Of a DNA stretch of 64,000 nucleotides, positions 37,033 to 48,300 are shown piece after piece (the stretch's first letter is position 1; every line of letters starts with the position of its first letter). Below the pieces are notes generated by a model, which searched no databases, was not told where the DNA came from, and saw nothing but the letters and a program-made list of their open reading frames with translations. A program made the translations under genes and the position numbers. Source of the DNA: an uncultured candidate division Zixibacteria bacterium (GTDB taxonomy: Bacteria > Zixibacteria > MSB-5A5 > GN15 > FEB-12); contig CAVTJJ010000004.1 in NCBI GenBank assembly GCA_963735035.1, positions 960,001 through 1,024,000 on the forward strand, in the 5' to 3' direction.

Positions 37033-39750
37033 ATGACATCAAACCGCTTTACCCCCCTCGCCATTCTTGCAGCTGCCATCATAGTATTGACCGGTTTATC
37101 GGTTTCAAAGGCGCGAGCCGATTGATCCGTCCGGACCTTACGGAAAGAACTCAAGCGGATGGTATGTCGGCGGTACTTCCGGACGCTCCGGGATCGACTC
37201 CTTGCGCGGATACATCGATTCGATTTTCTACGCCAAGGCGGCTCAATCGATGGGGGGCGAGACAATCGCCGGTCCGCAGAGGGTTATATACGGCGACGAT
37301 GACCGTCGCGACATCTACACTCTATCCGATCCCAATTTGCTAAAGCTCGCTCAGGCGACCTGTGTCGTGGTCGAATCGTATGAGATCACCAACAACGGCA
37401 ACGGAACCTTCACGCTGCATACCACTCCCTGGACTACCCAGAGCGGCTACCCGCTTTGTGCCGGAGAACGTTTTGTCGGTCAGCGTCAGATCGGTTTCTG
37501 TTCCGGTTTTCTGGTTGGCTCGGACATCGTAGTCACGGCCGGGCATTGCGTGGACGCCTGTACCGGAGTCGCGTTCGTATTCGGATTCCGAGCAGGTCGA
37601 TTCACTTGACACCGCCGGTAACTGTCGTTTCTGCGGACAACGTCTACTTCTGTTCCCAGGTTATGGACCGGCAACTTCAGGGTGATTACGATCATTCGGT
37701 CGTTCGTCTGGATCGCGCGGTGGTCGGACGTACCCCTATTCCGATCCGTCGCGACGGTCTCGTGGACAATGGCTCGCCTCTTGTGCTTGTAGGGCATCCA
37801 AACGTCCTGCCCATGAAAGCGGCGGCGGGGGCCGAAGTGAAAAATAACCGGGGGACTACGCCCTGGTTCGAAGCGAACACCGACTCCTACGGCGGCAATT
37901 CCGGCTCGATGGTGGTAAACACCAATACCTGGAAGATCGAAGGGATTCTGGTGCGTGGTGAGCAGGACTTTGTGGTACAGGGTAGCTGCATCAAGTCCAA
38001 TGTCTTACCCAACTCCGGCAGTGGTTCTGGATTCGAAGAAATCAGCAAGATCACGACCGTGGCGCATCTGATCCCCGAGCTTCTCAGCAACGTGGGAGAA
38101 TTGGCTTTCGACGCGGCCTCCTATCGCTGCAGCGGCATCATTGCGATTGAGCTGCGTGATCAGGACCTGGCCGGTATTGGTAGTATGTCGCTGCCGATTG
38201 CGACTTCGGCCGCCGATTCTGAGATGGTGACGCTCACTGAATCAACGACGTCTCCGGGGATATTTACCGGGACAATCTCGGTCGCTGCCGGGGGAATAGT
38301 GAAGTGGGATGGCCTGCTTCAGGTATCCGACGCTGATATCATTACGTCCACTTACAACGACGCTGATCACGGCGGCGGTATTCCCGCGACCGTGACCGCT
38401 TCGGCTACGGTCGATTGCTCTGCTCCGTTGATTTCCAATGTCACTATCACTCAGATCGGAGTAACGTGGGTCAGGGTGACATTCAATACCGACGAACCAG
38501 CGACCGGTCAAGTCAGAGCAGGCTCAATCTGCGGTTCGTACACGACTTCCGGTGCGAGTGCAGCCGGCCTCAGCCATGACGTCACAGTAAGCGGCCTCTC
38601 TCCGGCGACCGGATACCGCTTTGAGATCGAAGCTTCAGACGCTGCGGGCAATGTGTCAATTGATGACAATGCCGGAACCTGCTATGAATTCACTACCAAT
38701 GCGGCCGCCAATTTCTTCACGGAGCAGTTTGTATCCGGATTCGATCTGGCAGGGAAGACTCTGGCGCTGATTCCGGACGTCTCCGCGGATTTCTACCGCG
38801 CCTGTCTGTATGATTCGCCGACTTTTCCGGCAGTCCTGCCGGGAGAAACGAATCTAAGTGTGACTGATGACGATTCTAAAGCCGTTGCAATCACGGGCGG
38901 CCAGAGTGTCTCGCTCTACGGCACGGCTTACAATCAAGTTTATGTAGGCTCCAACGGATTTGTGACATTTGGTGCGAGTAGTACCGACTGGTCTGAGACT
39001 CTGGAAGAGCATTTCGCCGCTCCGCCGCGCGTTGCGATTTTTTGGGACGATCTCGATCCGACCGAAGGGGGTACGATCGGCTACCAGCAGTTTGACAACC
39101 GTCTGCTGGTCACCTGGAGGAGCGTTCACGCTCATCTGTCAACACACGAGATCAGTGCTCAGCTCGCGTTGTATTTCGACGGCACCATTACGATAACTTA
39201 CGGGGTCGTGCAGGAGGAAGATTGTATCGTCGGTCTCTCACGTGGCACCGGGATGCCGGCCGATTTCATTCCGTCCGATCTGAGCACATACGGTGCATGC
39301 CAACTAGTCGTGTGCTATGCCGATGCCGACAGTGATACCTTCGGAGCAAACAATGATCCTGGTTCATCACAGTTTACCGGTCAGTGCCCGCCCGGCTACG
39401 TGGATAATTCGTTGGACTGCGACGACACGAATCCCGACATACATCCCGGTGTGTCCGATATCCCCGACGATACCATCGATCAGGATTGCGACGGTCGGGA
39501 CGCTTCGTGCTGCCAGGTCAGAGTAGGTGATGTCAACGGGGTAGGGGGAGACGAACCGACCATCGGCGACATTTCAATGCTGATCGATCATCTGTTCGTG
39601 TCGGGTCTGACGCTGAACTGCCTGCAGGAGGCCGATGTCAATCAGTCGGGTGGACGGTATCCAACCCTCGACGACATCACGATCGGTGATATCTCGACTC
39701 TCATAGACCATCTCTTCATTAGCCAAACAGCTTTGAACGATTGTCTCTGA
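37033..39750 (+). CDS. Secreted trypsin-like serine protease with FN3-like, nidogen-like, MopE-like and dockerin-like domains; three apparent +1 frameshifts
   Basis: Signal peptide from ATG 37033; VIYGDDDR, CSGFLV…TAGHC, D in DHSVVRLD, GGNSGS; DCDD…IHPG…DQDCDG; C-terminal dockerin. Frame breaks near 37113, 37589 and 37605. Confidence 0.8.
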
Positions 39751-39857
39751 ATGCTATCGACCGAGTTTCTTGAAAGCGAATAGTCTCACTAACGCAGCCG
39801 GAATCACCCCGAACAATACGGGCAGGCCGAAAGCGTTGCCTTCCTATTTAATCTAGT

Positions 39858-40241
39858 TCAGCGGAGGAGTAACGCGATCAGGACGACTGCGACCAAAAGG
39901 AGTCCGATCAGGAGTGCCAGTTTCGACCCCATGATATTGGAATTGGGCGAAGTGCGGTACGGGTCGATTCGTGCAGAGTTATCTCCAGAGCGGTGTTCTA
40001 TCCGCCGCTTGAACCTGAGGCGGTACTGGTCGAACTTCTCCAGAAGTTCCCAGCCGCTTTCAGCTTCTTCGCGACAGACCTGCTGAACCTCTTCCAATTT
40101 ACTGAAGCGTCCAAAGTTGGAGCGAATGATTTTGAATTCCCAACCGCTCAGGTCGTTTCCACTGTAGGTTGTCATCTGTTCTTCCTCTTTGGCGCGTTGT
40201 GCTGCAATCACAGCTGCGGTTATGGCGGCATGCGGAAACAT
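39858..40241 (-). CDS. Hypothetical membrane-anchored protein (DUF4177-like)
   Basis: GWEFKII…EEAESGWEL…FKR plus a C-terminal TM segment; AAGGAG RBS. Confidence 0.7.
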   Translation of the reverse strand: MFPHAAITAAVIAAQRAKEEEQMTTYSGNDLSGWEFKIIRSNFGRFSKLEEVQQVCREEAESGWELLEKFDQYRLRFKRRIEHRSGDNSARIDPYRTSPNSNIMGSKLALLIGLLLVAVVLIALLLR

Positions 40242-40418
40242 AGGGTGCTTTCTCCTTTGAGTACTACGAGAATACTCAAAGCAGGTTACAATATTCAGTG
40301 AGAAATCAGACTTACACCCTTACGACTTCACGCCACGAAACCTCCGGCGCACTTTTCGGACTGACGACTTACCTCCGGGACGACCAAATGTTGGCAGTCA
40401 CCTTACGGTTCTCGGTTC

Positions 40419-40535
40419 CTACTTTGGGGTGCTCTTCGGCTGCTTGTCCTGCTTCGCTTTCTGCTCCTGGTTGTGTTTGCTCTGTTGCTGCTTCTTGCTC
40501 TTGTCCTTGTCCTTTTTTCCGCCTTTGTCACCCAT
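40419..40535 (-). CDS. Small Lys/Gln-rich protein (38 aa)
   Basis: MGDKGGKKDKDKSKKQQQSKHNQEQKAKQDKQPKSTPK with GAAAGGAAG RBS; below the ORF-track cutoff. Confidence 0.65.
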   Translation of the reverse strand: MGDKGGKKDKDKSKKQQQSKHNQEQKAKQDKQPKSTPK

Positions 40536-40573
40536 GAGGCACTTCCTTTCCGAGTAATTCTTTCAGTTTGCTA

Positions 40574-42304
40574 CTACTTAGGTAATGGTATAACCACGAC
40601 CTGGGGAACATAGTTTGTCATGTCGTTGGTCAATTTGGACAACTCTTTCGAATTGCAGGTGTACAGGATCACGAGATGGGAGCGGTCCCGGTCAAAGTAC
40701 TGTGTCAGCACTCTGGCGCCGTAGCAGAAATTGTCCTTGTCATATTGCGGCGATCCCTCGACCAGCTCGGGACATTCATAGAGTGTCTGTCGGTCCGACC
40801 AGGGTCCGGTAATCTCTTTGGCCGTACGATAATAGATAACCTTCCCGCCGAAATGCGGCCCATACACCATGAACCATCGTCTCGAATCCGGATGATACAC
40901 GATTCTGCTTACCAGTCGATCCTCGACTACGGTACGGGCGTCAGCCGAGTCCGTGCCTGGTTTCCACTTCCCATCGTTCGCAAAATATTCAAGATGGCCG
41001 TCTGGTGATTCAATGTAATCAAGCGGTACGCGCACGACGTAATTCTTCGAGTCCGCTTTCACCAGCAAGAGATAGATGTACCTGCCGTCTTTGGCAAAGC
41101 CGCCGTCGTATGAGACACCGTCGAAGATTGGCGACAACGGGAAGAGATCGATCTTCCATTGATCGGGTGGTGTTGATCCCGGGTCGATCACCCTCGCCAA
41201 AGAATATCCGGGGGCGGTCCAATTGAAGATATCGTCCGGGGACGCCCCCGGCTTCCCACCGACCTTGCCAAGTAAGACGTAGAGCTTATTGCGATACATG
41301 AAACCGTCAAAGGGCCAGAACTTATATCTATCGGTGTGGGTCTGAAAGAAATGGTCCGGGTGATCCGTGTACATGTTACGCCAGTAATACTGCATGTCCA
41401 TGGTACCGTCGGTTCGGCAGGTTGACACGCCGATAGTTGTCACCATGCCCGCGCCTGAGCGGGTTGTTTGATCTTTTCTGCCCACGTAGGTATCACCGAA
41501 GAGCCAGAGCATCTTCGAAGAGTCCAAAGGCACCGCCAGAGCGCCGTCGCCCCCGAGCCAGCCGTCTTTGATCGGGAAGCTGGGCATACAGTCCTGCCGG
41601 TGGAGAGAGGGCTTGGACTTCTCAGCCGACGGCACAGGATTCTTCGCCGGGGGTTGACCTTCTTCGTTCCGACTCTGCTGCGGTGTCACTATTCGTCGCA
41701 ATCCGACGTAGTCTTTGGGGAAGACGGGTTCGTTCTCGGGCTTGGCCAAGAAGTCTCGAAGCTCTTCAGTCGGTAAGGTCAGGATTACCCTCGAATCGGA
41801 CAAGAGATAGCTCCCGGAAGTATCTTTCGCTATAACACTATCATAGAACCAGCGGTATTTCAGAACGCCGATATACAGAGAATCTTCTTCAAGTCTCAAC
41901 GGAATACAGGAATGAACTTGCAGAAGATGTCTCCTGAAATCCGAGCCGCCCAGGTCGCTCGTCAAGACGGGTAGAAGATCAAGCAGAATGCGATCGCCGA
42001 GGCGTGTGAATACTCCTTCGTAGCGAAAAGCGGGTCCCTCCGAGCTAATTCGAACCTCATAGAAGTTGTCACCGGTCTTTTCGAATGATATCGTGTCGCC
42101 GCCGAATTCTGTTATCTCCCAGGAGCCTTCCATCTCCGGCAGCAAGATAGCCTCGCGCTCGGTAAATAACGGATGGAAAGAGAATACGTCCTGGGCCGGG
42201 GAAGAGGGGGGGGCGGCAAACATCAATACCGAAATTATCTCAAGTCTCTTCAGTATCTGCATACTTGAAGTCTCCATCGACTGACGACGAGGTCGCGATA
42301 CCAA
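40574..42304 (-). CDS. Two-domain exported protein with a DUF4185/DUF5005-like beta-propeller C-terminal domain
   Basis: GWLGGDG…LWLFGDT, A-x-x-ITGPWS and YGAR motifs. Start uncertain (42277 and 42262 are alternatives). Confidence 0.7.
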   Translation of the reverse strand: MVSRPRRQSMETSSMQILKRLEIISVLMFAAPPSSPAQDVFSFHPLFTEREAILLPEMEGSWEITEFGGDTISFEKTGDNFYEVRISSEGPAFRYEGVFTRLGDRILLDLLPVLTSDLGGSDFRRHLLQVHSCIPLRLEEDSLYIGVLKYRWFYDSVIAKDTSGSYLLSDSRVILTLPTEELRDFLAKPENEPVFPKDYVGLRRIVTPQQSRNEEGQPPAKNPVPSAEKSKPSLHRQDCMPSFPIKDGWLGGDGALAVPLDSSKMLWLFGDTYVGRKDQTTRSGAGMVTTIGVSTCRTDGTMDMQYYWRNMYTDHPDHFFQTHTDRYKFWPFDGFMYRNKLYVLLGKVGGKPGASPDDIFNWTAPGYSLARVIDPGSTPPDQWKIDLFPLSPIFDGVSYDGGFAKDGRYIYLLLVKADSKNYVVRVPLDYIESPDGHLEYFANDGKWKPGTDSADARTVVEDRLVSRIVYHPDSRRWFMVYGPHFGGKVIYYRTAKEITGPWSDRQTLYECPELVEGSPQYDKDNFCYGARVLTQYFDRDRSHLVILYTCNSKELSKLTNDMTNYVPQVVVIPLPK

Positions 42305-42358
42305 TAAGCACAGGTACCGCTACACGTTGTCCGATTTCGATACCGGCGGTTCAAAACT

Positions 42359-42784
42359 TCAAAGAACCTCGAAGGAAGTGAGCCGATTGTCGCGGAGATT
42401 GGCGACGAAACTTAGCCTCTTTGTGAAGACGAAAAATCCACGCGAAGCAAGGCAGGTTAGTTCTATGTCGCTGTCGGCGCTCTCCTTGTTGACGTTAATG
42501 AAGATCACACTGACTGGCACATTCATCCATTTCTCGCCCTGGCGGGCTTCCGGGCTGGCGAGATACGAATGGTATTTCTCTTTCAGCGTATTGTAGACGC
42601 TTCCAAAGGCCTCACAAAGAGAGTGATACCGATCGATCTGAATCGGGGTTGGCCCTGTCTCGCCCGCCGAGAAGAACAGTTCGTAGGATTGTTCTCCGAT
42701 AGAATCATCACCGCCCCAGAAATCGCCGATATCAGAGTCTTTGATAAACACAAGACCCTTTTCAGTTATGAAATCCTGCGTCAT
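42359..42784 (-). CDS. Hypothetical protein
   Basis: ATG 42784 with GGAG RBS; the upstream extension in the ORF track overlaps the tRNA. Confidence 0.6.
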   Translation of the reverse strand: MTQDFITEKGLVFIKDSDIGDFWGGDDSIGEQSYELFFSAGETGPTPIQIDRYHSLCEAFGSVYNTLKEKYHSYLASPEARQGEKWMNVPVSVIFINVNKESADSDIELTCLASRGFFVFTKRLSFVANLRDNRLTSFEVL

Positions 42785-42881
42785 GGCCTTCTCCACTATA
42801 ACAGTTCGAAAGCGTCGGGGTCGCCCGATGATGTATGGAATTGAATTAACGGGGTAAGCGGTCCTGACAACCAACAAAAAA

Positions 42882-42955
<74 letters not shown>

Positions 42956-43036
42956 ATTACCCTCAAATACAGGCAGCCGGAATTACGTTATCAGGTCACC
43001 GGTTGTCAACACTTTTGAGCCCGCACCGCCGGGGGA

Positions 43037-44035
43037 TCATTTTCCGGGAAGAAACCAGATTATCAGGACGACTACCGCCAGGAACGCCAGGACAAGGCTC
43101 AAGAGCACATATTTGCTGGTCCCCGACCCGGAAGCAGAACCGTTCGGCCGGGTTTCGACCTCAGCGTCGGACAATCTGACCAACCATTTGTTCTCTGCTT
43201 CGCCCGTTTCGGACGATTCTTCCTCAAGCGTGCAGACTTCCAGTTCCGGCAAAGGTGAAGCCTCGACTTGACCGACTTCCAAAGCGACCACCGTTACATT
43301 GTCCGAGCCACCCCGATCGTTGGCCAACTGGATGAGGGAGTCTACCAGTTTCGGCAAATCTTTTCGATGATGCCGGGCCACGTCGAAGATTTCAATATCG
43401 TCGGCGAAACCGCAGAGGCCGTCTGAGCACAGCAGGAATTGATCTCCGGGGTGGACCTTGACGGTTCGAAAGTCAATCTCAACGGTGTTCCGTACACCTA
43501 GAGCGCGGGTGATGACGTTTCGGCCGACCACCGACGATGCTTCTTTCTCCGACATGTTGTGAGCAGTCTGGATCTCGGCCATCCAGGAGTGGTCCCGGGT
43601 CAGCGGCTCCAGACCCTCGTCGGTGATACGATAGGCGCGGCTGTCGCCCACGTGGGCGACCGTCATGATATCGGCTTCGAAGGCTGTCGCTACGATGGTA
43701 GTCCCCATGCCCGTGAGTTCCGGGTCCCCCAGGGCCCTTACATAAATGGCCCGGTTGGCCAGGCGAATCGCTCGAAGGAGAATATCGCCGTTCGGTAGCA
43801 GCGATTGGCCTGTCGAAAGCAGGGAGTTATTTGCCAGTTCATCGTGGAAATGCTTGAATGATTTGGAGAGAATCTCGGAAGCCGTCAAAGACGCTACTTC
43901 GCCGGCCTGATGCCCCCCCATGCCGTCGCATACGGCGTAGACGTGGTTCTTTTCGTCGAGATGCAGGCAATCCTCGTTGCCCGAACGCACCAACCCGATA
44001 TCGCTTCGGCCTGCAACCGCTATTTGAAGAGCCAC
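43037..44035 (-). CDS. PP2C-type Ser/Thr phosphatase (Stp1 family) with a C-terminal TM segment
   Basis: SDIGLVRSGNED, VCDGMGGHQAGEVAS, MGTT, HVGDSRAY, LLCSDGL, GGSDNVT. Confidence 0.93.
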   Translation of the reverse strand: MALQIAVAGRSDIGLVRSGNEDCLHLDEKNHVYAVCDGMGGHQAGEVASLTASEILSKSFKHFHDELANNSLLSTGQSLLPNGDILLRAIRLANRAIYVRALGDPELTGMGTTIVATAFEADIMTVAHVGDSRAYRITDEGLEPLTRDHSWMAEIQTAHNMSEKEASSVVGRNVITRALGVRNTVEIDFRTVKVHPGDQFLLCSDGLCGFADDIEIFDVARHHRKDLPKLVDSLIQLANDRGGSDNVTVVALEVGQVEASPLPELEVCTLEEESSETGEAENKWLVRLSDAEVETRPNGSASGSGTSKYVLLSLVLAFLAVVVLIIWFLPGK

Positions 44036-44139
44036 CTGTAAATCCCGAGGGTATCGTCCTAAGTCGCCGATGATCCGCCATGGGGTGATCTCGGCTCGTT
44101 TCGGGTCAAAATATACCCCGTTCACACGGTCGGGAAACT

Positions 44140-44176
44140 AAAAAAAGACCCCTCGGCGCGAAGCCGAGGGGTCTTT
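44140..44176 (-). terminator. Rho-independent terminator
   Basis: AAAGACCCCTCGGC…GCCGAGGGGTCTTT stem followed by a T7 tract on the minus strand, just after the T9SS cargo gene. Confidence 0.85.
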
Positions 44177-44201
44177 GCCCGGTCGATGATGTGGGCTGAT
44201 A

Positions 44202-45257
44202 CTACTTGAGGAGTATCATTTTTCTTGTCTTGGCGAAAGTCTCGGTCGACAGGCGGTAGAAATAGACGCCGCTGGCCAGATCGGAGCCATCGAATTTCAG
44301 CATACCTTCACCGGCTGATAACCAGCCCAGGTCGCGGCTCTCAACAACCCGTCCCAGCACGTCGTAGACGTCCAGTTGCGCCCGTGAACCGGTCGGCAAC
44401 TGGTAAGCAATATTCGTAGTTGGATTGAACGGGTTGGGGTAATTCTGGTACAGGGCAAATGAGCCCGGCATGACCACGCCGTCTTCGTCGATATCGGTCA
44501 GCGACATAATCATATTAAACGACCCGGTCACGGTTACAGTCGTATCAACCTCTGAGAAGACGGTATAAGAAACCGTGTTGATAGTGTCATCAGGGGTGCT
44601 GACAAAGATCGGGGCACGGGCGGAGAAATAGACCGAAACGGTCTGGCCAACCCCGGCGTAAATCACACTGTCCGGCGGGAAAGACTCCCAGTCAAAATTG
44701 GTCGTGCCGCTCGTATGCGACATCGACATTTTCACGCCGTAGAAGTCAGTTCCGTTGCCGTCATTCCGAACTTCTACGTGAAACCTGCCGGTGTCACCCG
44801 GCATCACGAGAGTGTCGGCGGGGTAGCTGATCCCAGTCATGGCAATAGTCGCAGTGGCAGACAAAGTAACTGATTTTAGAGATTTGTCAGTCCAGGTAGC
44901 GTCGCCATGAGTGACCGTTGCGGTGCGGCCGTTGATCTTGAAAGTGATGGTTTCACCGGCCGAAGCTCCCTCGTCAAGCAGCGTCCCCGGGTCGTCACCG
45001 TAGACCGAGAAGTAGCCGAAGATCGCGTGGCCACCGCTCAGACGGACGGTGTCGGTCCCGCAATAAATGCCGGACGGATCGTAAGCCTGAATGACAGTGC
45101 CTACTGCCAGCAACTGGCCGTTATAAGTCGATGCGATCAGGGTGTCGGTAAACGACGTAAAATACGGCGTTGGAGTAATCGTCTGTGCGGAAACGCCGAT
45201 TCCAAGACCTGCGGTCAGGACAATCGCGAATGCCAGTTTCAACAAGTACCTTTTCAC
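44202..45257 (-). CDS. T9SS type A sorting-domain protein
   Basis: Signal peptide; C-terminus LYQNYPNPFNPTT…YDVLGR…LASGVYFYRL…TRKMILLK. Confidence 0.9.
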   Translation of the reverse strand: MKRYLLKLAFAIVLTAGLGIGVSAQTITPTPYFTSFTDTLIASTYNGQLLAVGTVIQAYDPSGIYCGTDTVRLSGGHAIFGYFSVYGDDPGTLLDEGASAGETITFKINGRTATVTHGDATWTDKSLKSVTLSATATIAMTGISYPADTLVMPGDTGRFHVEVRNDGNGTDFYGVKMSMSHTSGTTNFDWESFPPDSVIYAGVGQTVSVYFSARAPIFVSTPDDTINTVSYTVFSEVDTTVTVTGSFNMIMSLTDIDEDGVVMPGSFALYQNYPNPFNPTTNIAYQLPTGSRAQLDVYDVLGRVVESRDLGWLSAGEGMLKFDGSDLASGVYFYRLSTETFAKTRKMILLK

Positions 45258-45336
45258 TTTGTCACCATTCTGCTGTGACCCGGCCGAGTCACAAACTCGG
45301 CCGGATCAATAGTTGCGTATTCTTGAACCGACGCTT

Positions 45337-48300
45337 CTACTTGAGAAGCATCATCTTCCGGGTCTCGGTGTAGTTATCGGCAGTCAGACGGTAGAAGTAA
45401 ACGCCGGAGGCGGTGGCATTGCCGTCAGAATCGCGGCCATCCCACACCACGCGATGTTCACCCGCTACAGCCGGGCCGTCGAATATTACTGCCACGGAAG
45501 CTCCGAGAACGTTGAAGATTTCAAGTCTGGCATGACCGTTGACCGGCATGCTGAACTTCATCTCCGTGCTCGGATTGAACGGGTTCGGGTAATTCTGTGA
45601 CAGCGCATAGCTGTTCGGAACTACCGTATTGTTCGAATTAGCCGTCGCCAGTTCGGTAACCTCGATGCGGTCGCCGTTGGCGTTCCAGGTCAGGACTTCG
45701 GACGTCATGACATCATCAACCTTCAAATAGAACTGATCACCGGCCCTCAGACCGACCACGTTCTCACCAGCGCCATCAGCGTAAACCGGCATGAAGCCGA
45801 ACTGACCGGCGGTGGACATCGTAAAGCTGCCCACTTGATGATCGCCCGCTACGGAGTAGGCCGTGATATGAGCGCCCGAAGCTACCTGCTTGCCGTCAAG
45901 CAGCAGATCGCGCGAGTACAGGTTGATCCAGTTGGTCGTGGCGATTGTGCCGTCACCGCCGAGAGCCACTTCCGGGGTCTGAGGACGAATCTGAAGCGGG
46001 GCCGTGGGGACGTCTTCATAAACCAGGGTGCCCGGAGCGTTCGTCTTGATCCAGTAGCCGTTGCATGGATCCATGGTTTCGAGTTGGTTGAACTGGCCGC
46101 CCGGTTGCCAGACTTCAATCTGACCGTTCGGGAAGCCATAAGCAAACATCGTGATGCCGGAAACCGTAGAAAGAGCCTGTTCGACCGACCAGCTCGATTC
46201 TGGCAGATAGCTGACCAGGTTCCAGCCGGTCGTCAACGGAATCTGCGTCGATTCCACCACCGGGAGGCCCGTGATGGTCAGATTGATCTCGCTGACACCT
46301 TCGATCTTCACCCAGTAACCGCTGAGGTGATCGACATCGTGCAGGGTCGAGAACATCTGAAGATCCGGATCAAATGTCAATCCGCCGCGCTCGAAACCGA
46401 GGACGACGTCGACATTGTTCATGATCGGTGCCAGGACGTCCAGGATATTGTCGCTGTCGGTGTTGACGTTCCAGCTGATCAGATTCCAGCCTTCCATCAA
46501 GGTGCAGACCTTCTCAACCGTACCGCGAACTTCGAGACAGACCTCGACTTTGAAGTACTCGGCCGGATAGAAAACGTTGCCGGACGTAACAGCGTCCATG
46601 CCATTGATAGTGAAGTGAAGCCGGTCGCCGGTGCGGGCGCCTGGGTCACCGAATTCATCCGAAGCCCGGTAGACGGGCATGAACCCGTACTTGCCGCGTT
46701 CGGTCACCATGACCTGGCCGACCAGCAAATTGGCCTGCGTGTAAGCTTCGACCACGGCCCCTACCGGCACCGGGGCGCCGAGGAACCAGTTGGACACTTC
46801 CGGACTTTCCGGACAGAAGTAATCCACCCACTGGCTGGTCGGAGTGACAATTTCCGGCAGGGGCTGAAGCACGATTTTGATGCCCTTGGCACCGAAGTTA
46901 ATGTCTTCTACTTTGCCGGGATAATAACCGGCTTTGTAAGCATAGAGGTCGAATGGAATGACATTGATACCGTCGAATGCAAAGCCGCCGATACTCGACG
47001 ACGTGGTAAACATCAGGGGTTCGGTGAGCGGGTAATCAGCCCACAGTTCGACATTGGCGCCTTCGATCTCGTTGTCGTCCGGGTCAACTACGTAACCGCA
47101 GACAAAATTCGAGGCGTTGCCGACTATGACTGCGCCCGGGATGTATTCAGGGAACTCCGTCTGGATACCATCGCCACAATTGCGATAGAAGTAGACGTCG
47201 CCCGGAGTCAGCGGCGGATAGGCGCCGAGCGCCAGGCCGTGCGTACCGGCTTCGATTTCCGGCCGTAGAGCGAAATACAGCGTAGCCAATAATTGCTGAG
47301 AACCGATCGGCACTTCCGCCTGGCTGCCGACCGCCATGGTAATCGTTACGTCACCAAGATCATTGTTTATGGCTGCGTTCTTGTCGTCGATATTGGCCAG
47401 CTGCGACCCGACGAATGACACCGAATCAAGGTGCAATCCGGTGGTGGTCCAATTGAGCGACAGGCCCAGGCCGGTCAACTGACAACTGTTGCTGAAGAGT
47501 ACCGGGACGGCTACGCGCATGCCGGGCACGGCCGGCGTGTTCACCACGATAACCGTATCCGCGCTAGGCGCGCGGTTGACCGTCACGTTGACGATAACCA
47601 GCAATTGGGTCGGACACTGCAGGCCTGACTGACCGTAATTGTCAACTATACGGGCGGTATCAGAATAGACGCCCTGCGCGCTAAACGGTCTTACATAGCT
47701 TACATTCACGTGCCCGGAGGTTTCCGTGTTGCCGGAGATCGGGTCAAACGAAAAATACTCGGCCGGGACTACCGCCCACGGGATTGAGGCGCCGGTGCTG
47801 CCAATGTTGAAACGACTCACTGACGATCGCCGTCTCGCCCGCGAAAGTCTGGACGTTGTAGACAACGGCAGTCGTGAGGAAAGTCGGGCACGCCGTCACC
47901 ATGAAGCGCACATACACTTTCAACGGTGAGTTGACCGCGGCCGCAGATGTCACCATGATAGAGTCAAAGTAGTTGCCCGGAGCGAGTTCAGTGCTGAACG
48001 TTACCTGGACATCGCCCGAAGTTGTACCCGACATTGGGTTCATGGTAAACCAGGTCGCACCTGAAGAAACCGCGAAAGCGATGGCACCGCCGCCCGCTTC
48101 GGAGACGGTAAACGACGAAGTGGCCGCCGCTGGAGCCCCTTCGGACTGAACCATGTCAATCTCGGTCTCGGAGACGACCAGTTCGTTGCCGATCGTCAGA
48201 TTCACCTCTACCGTAACCGGGGGGTACGCCGCGGGCGAACCTTGCGGCGTCGTGGGAATATTATCCATTATCTGGATGGACCCGTGGTAGACTCCCGCCG

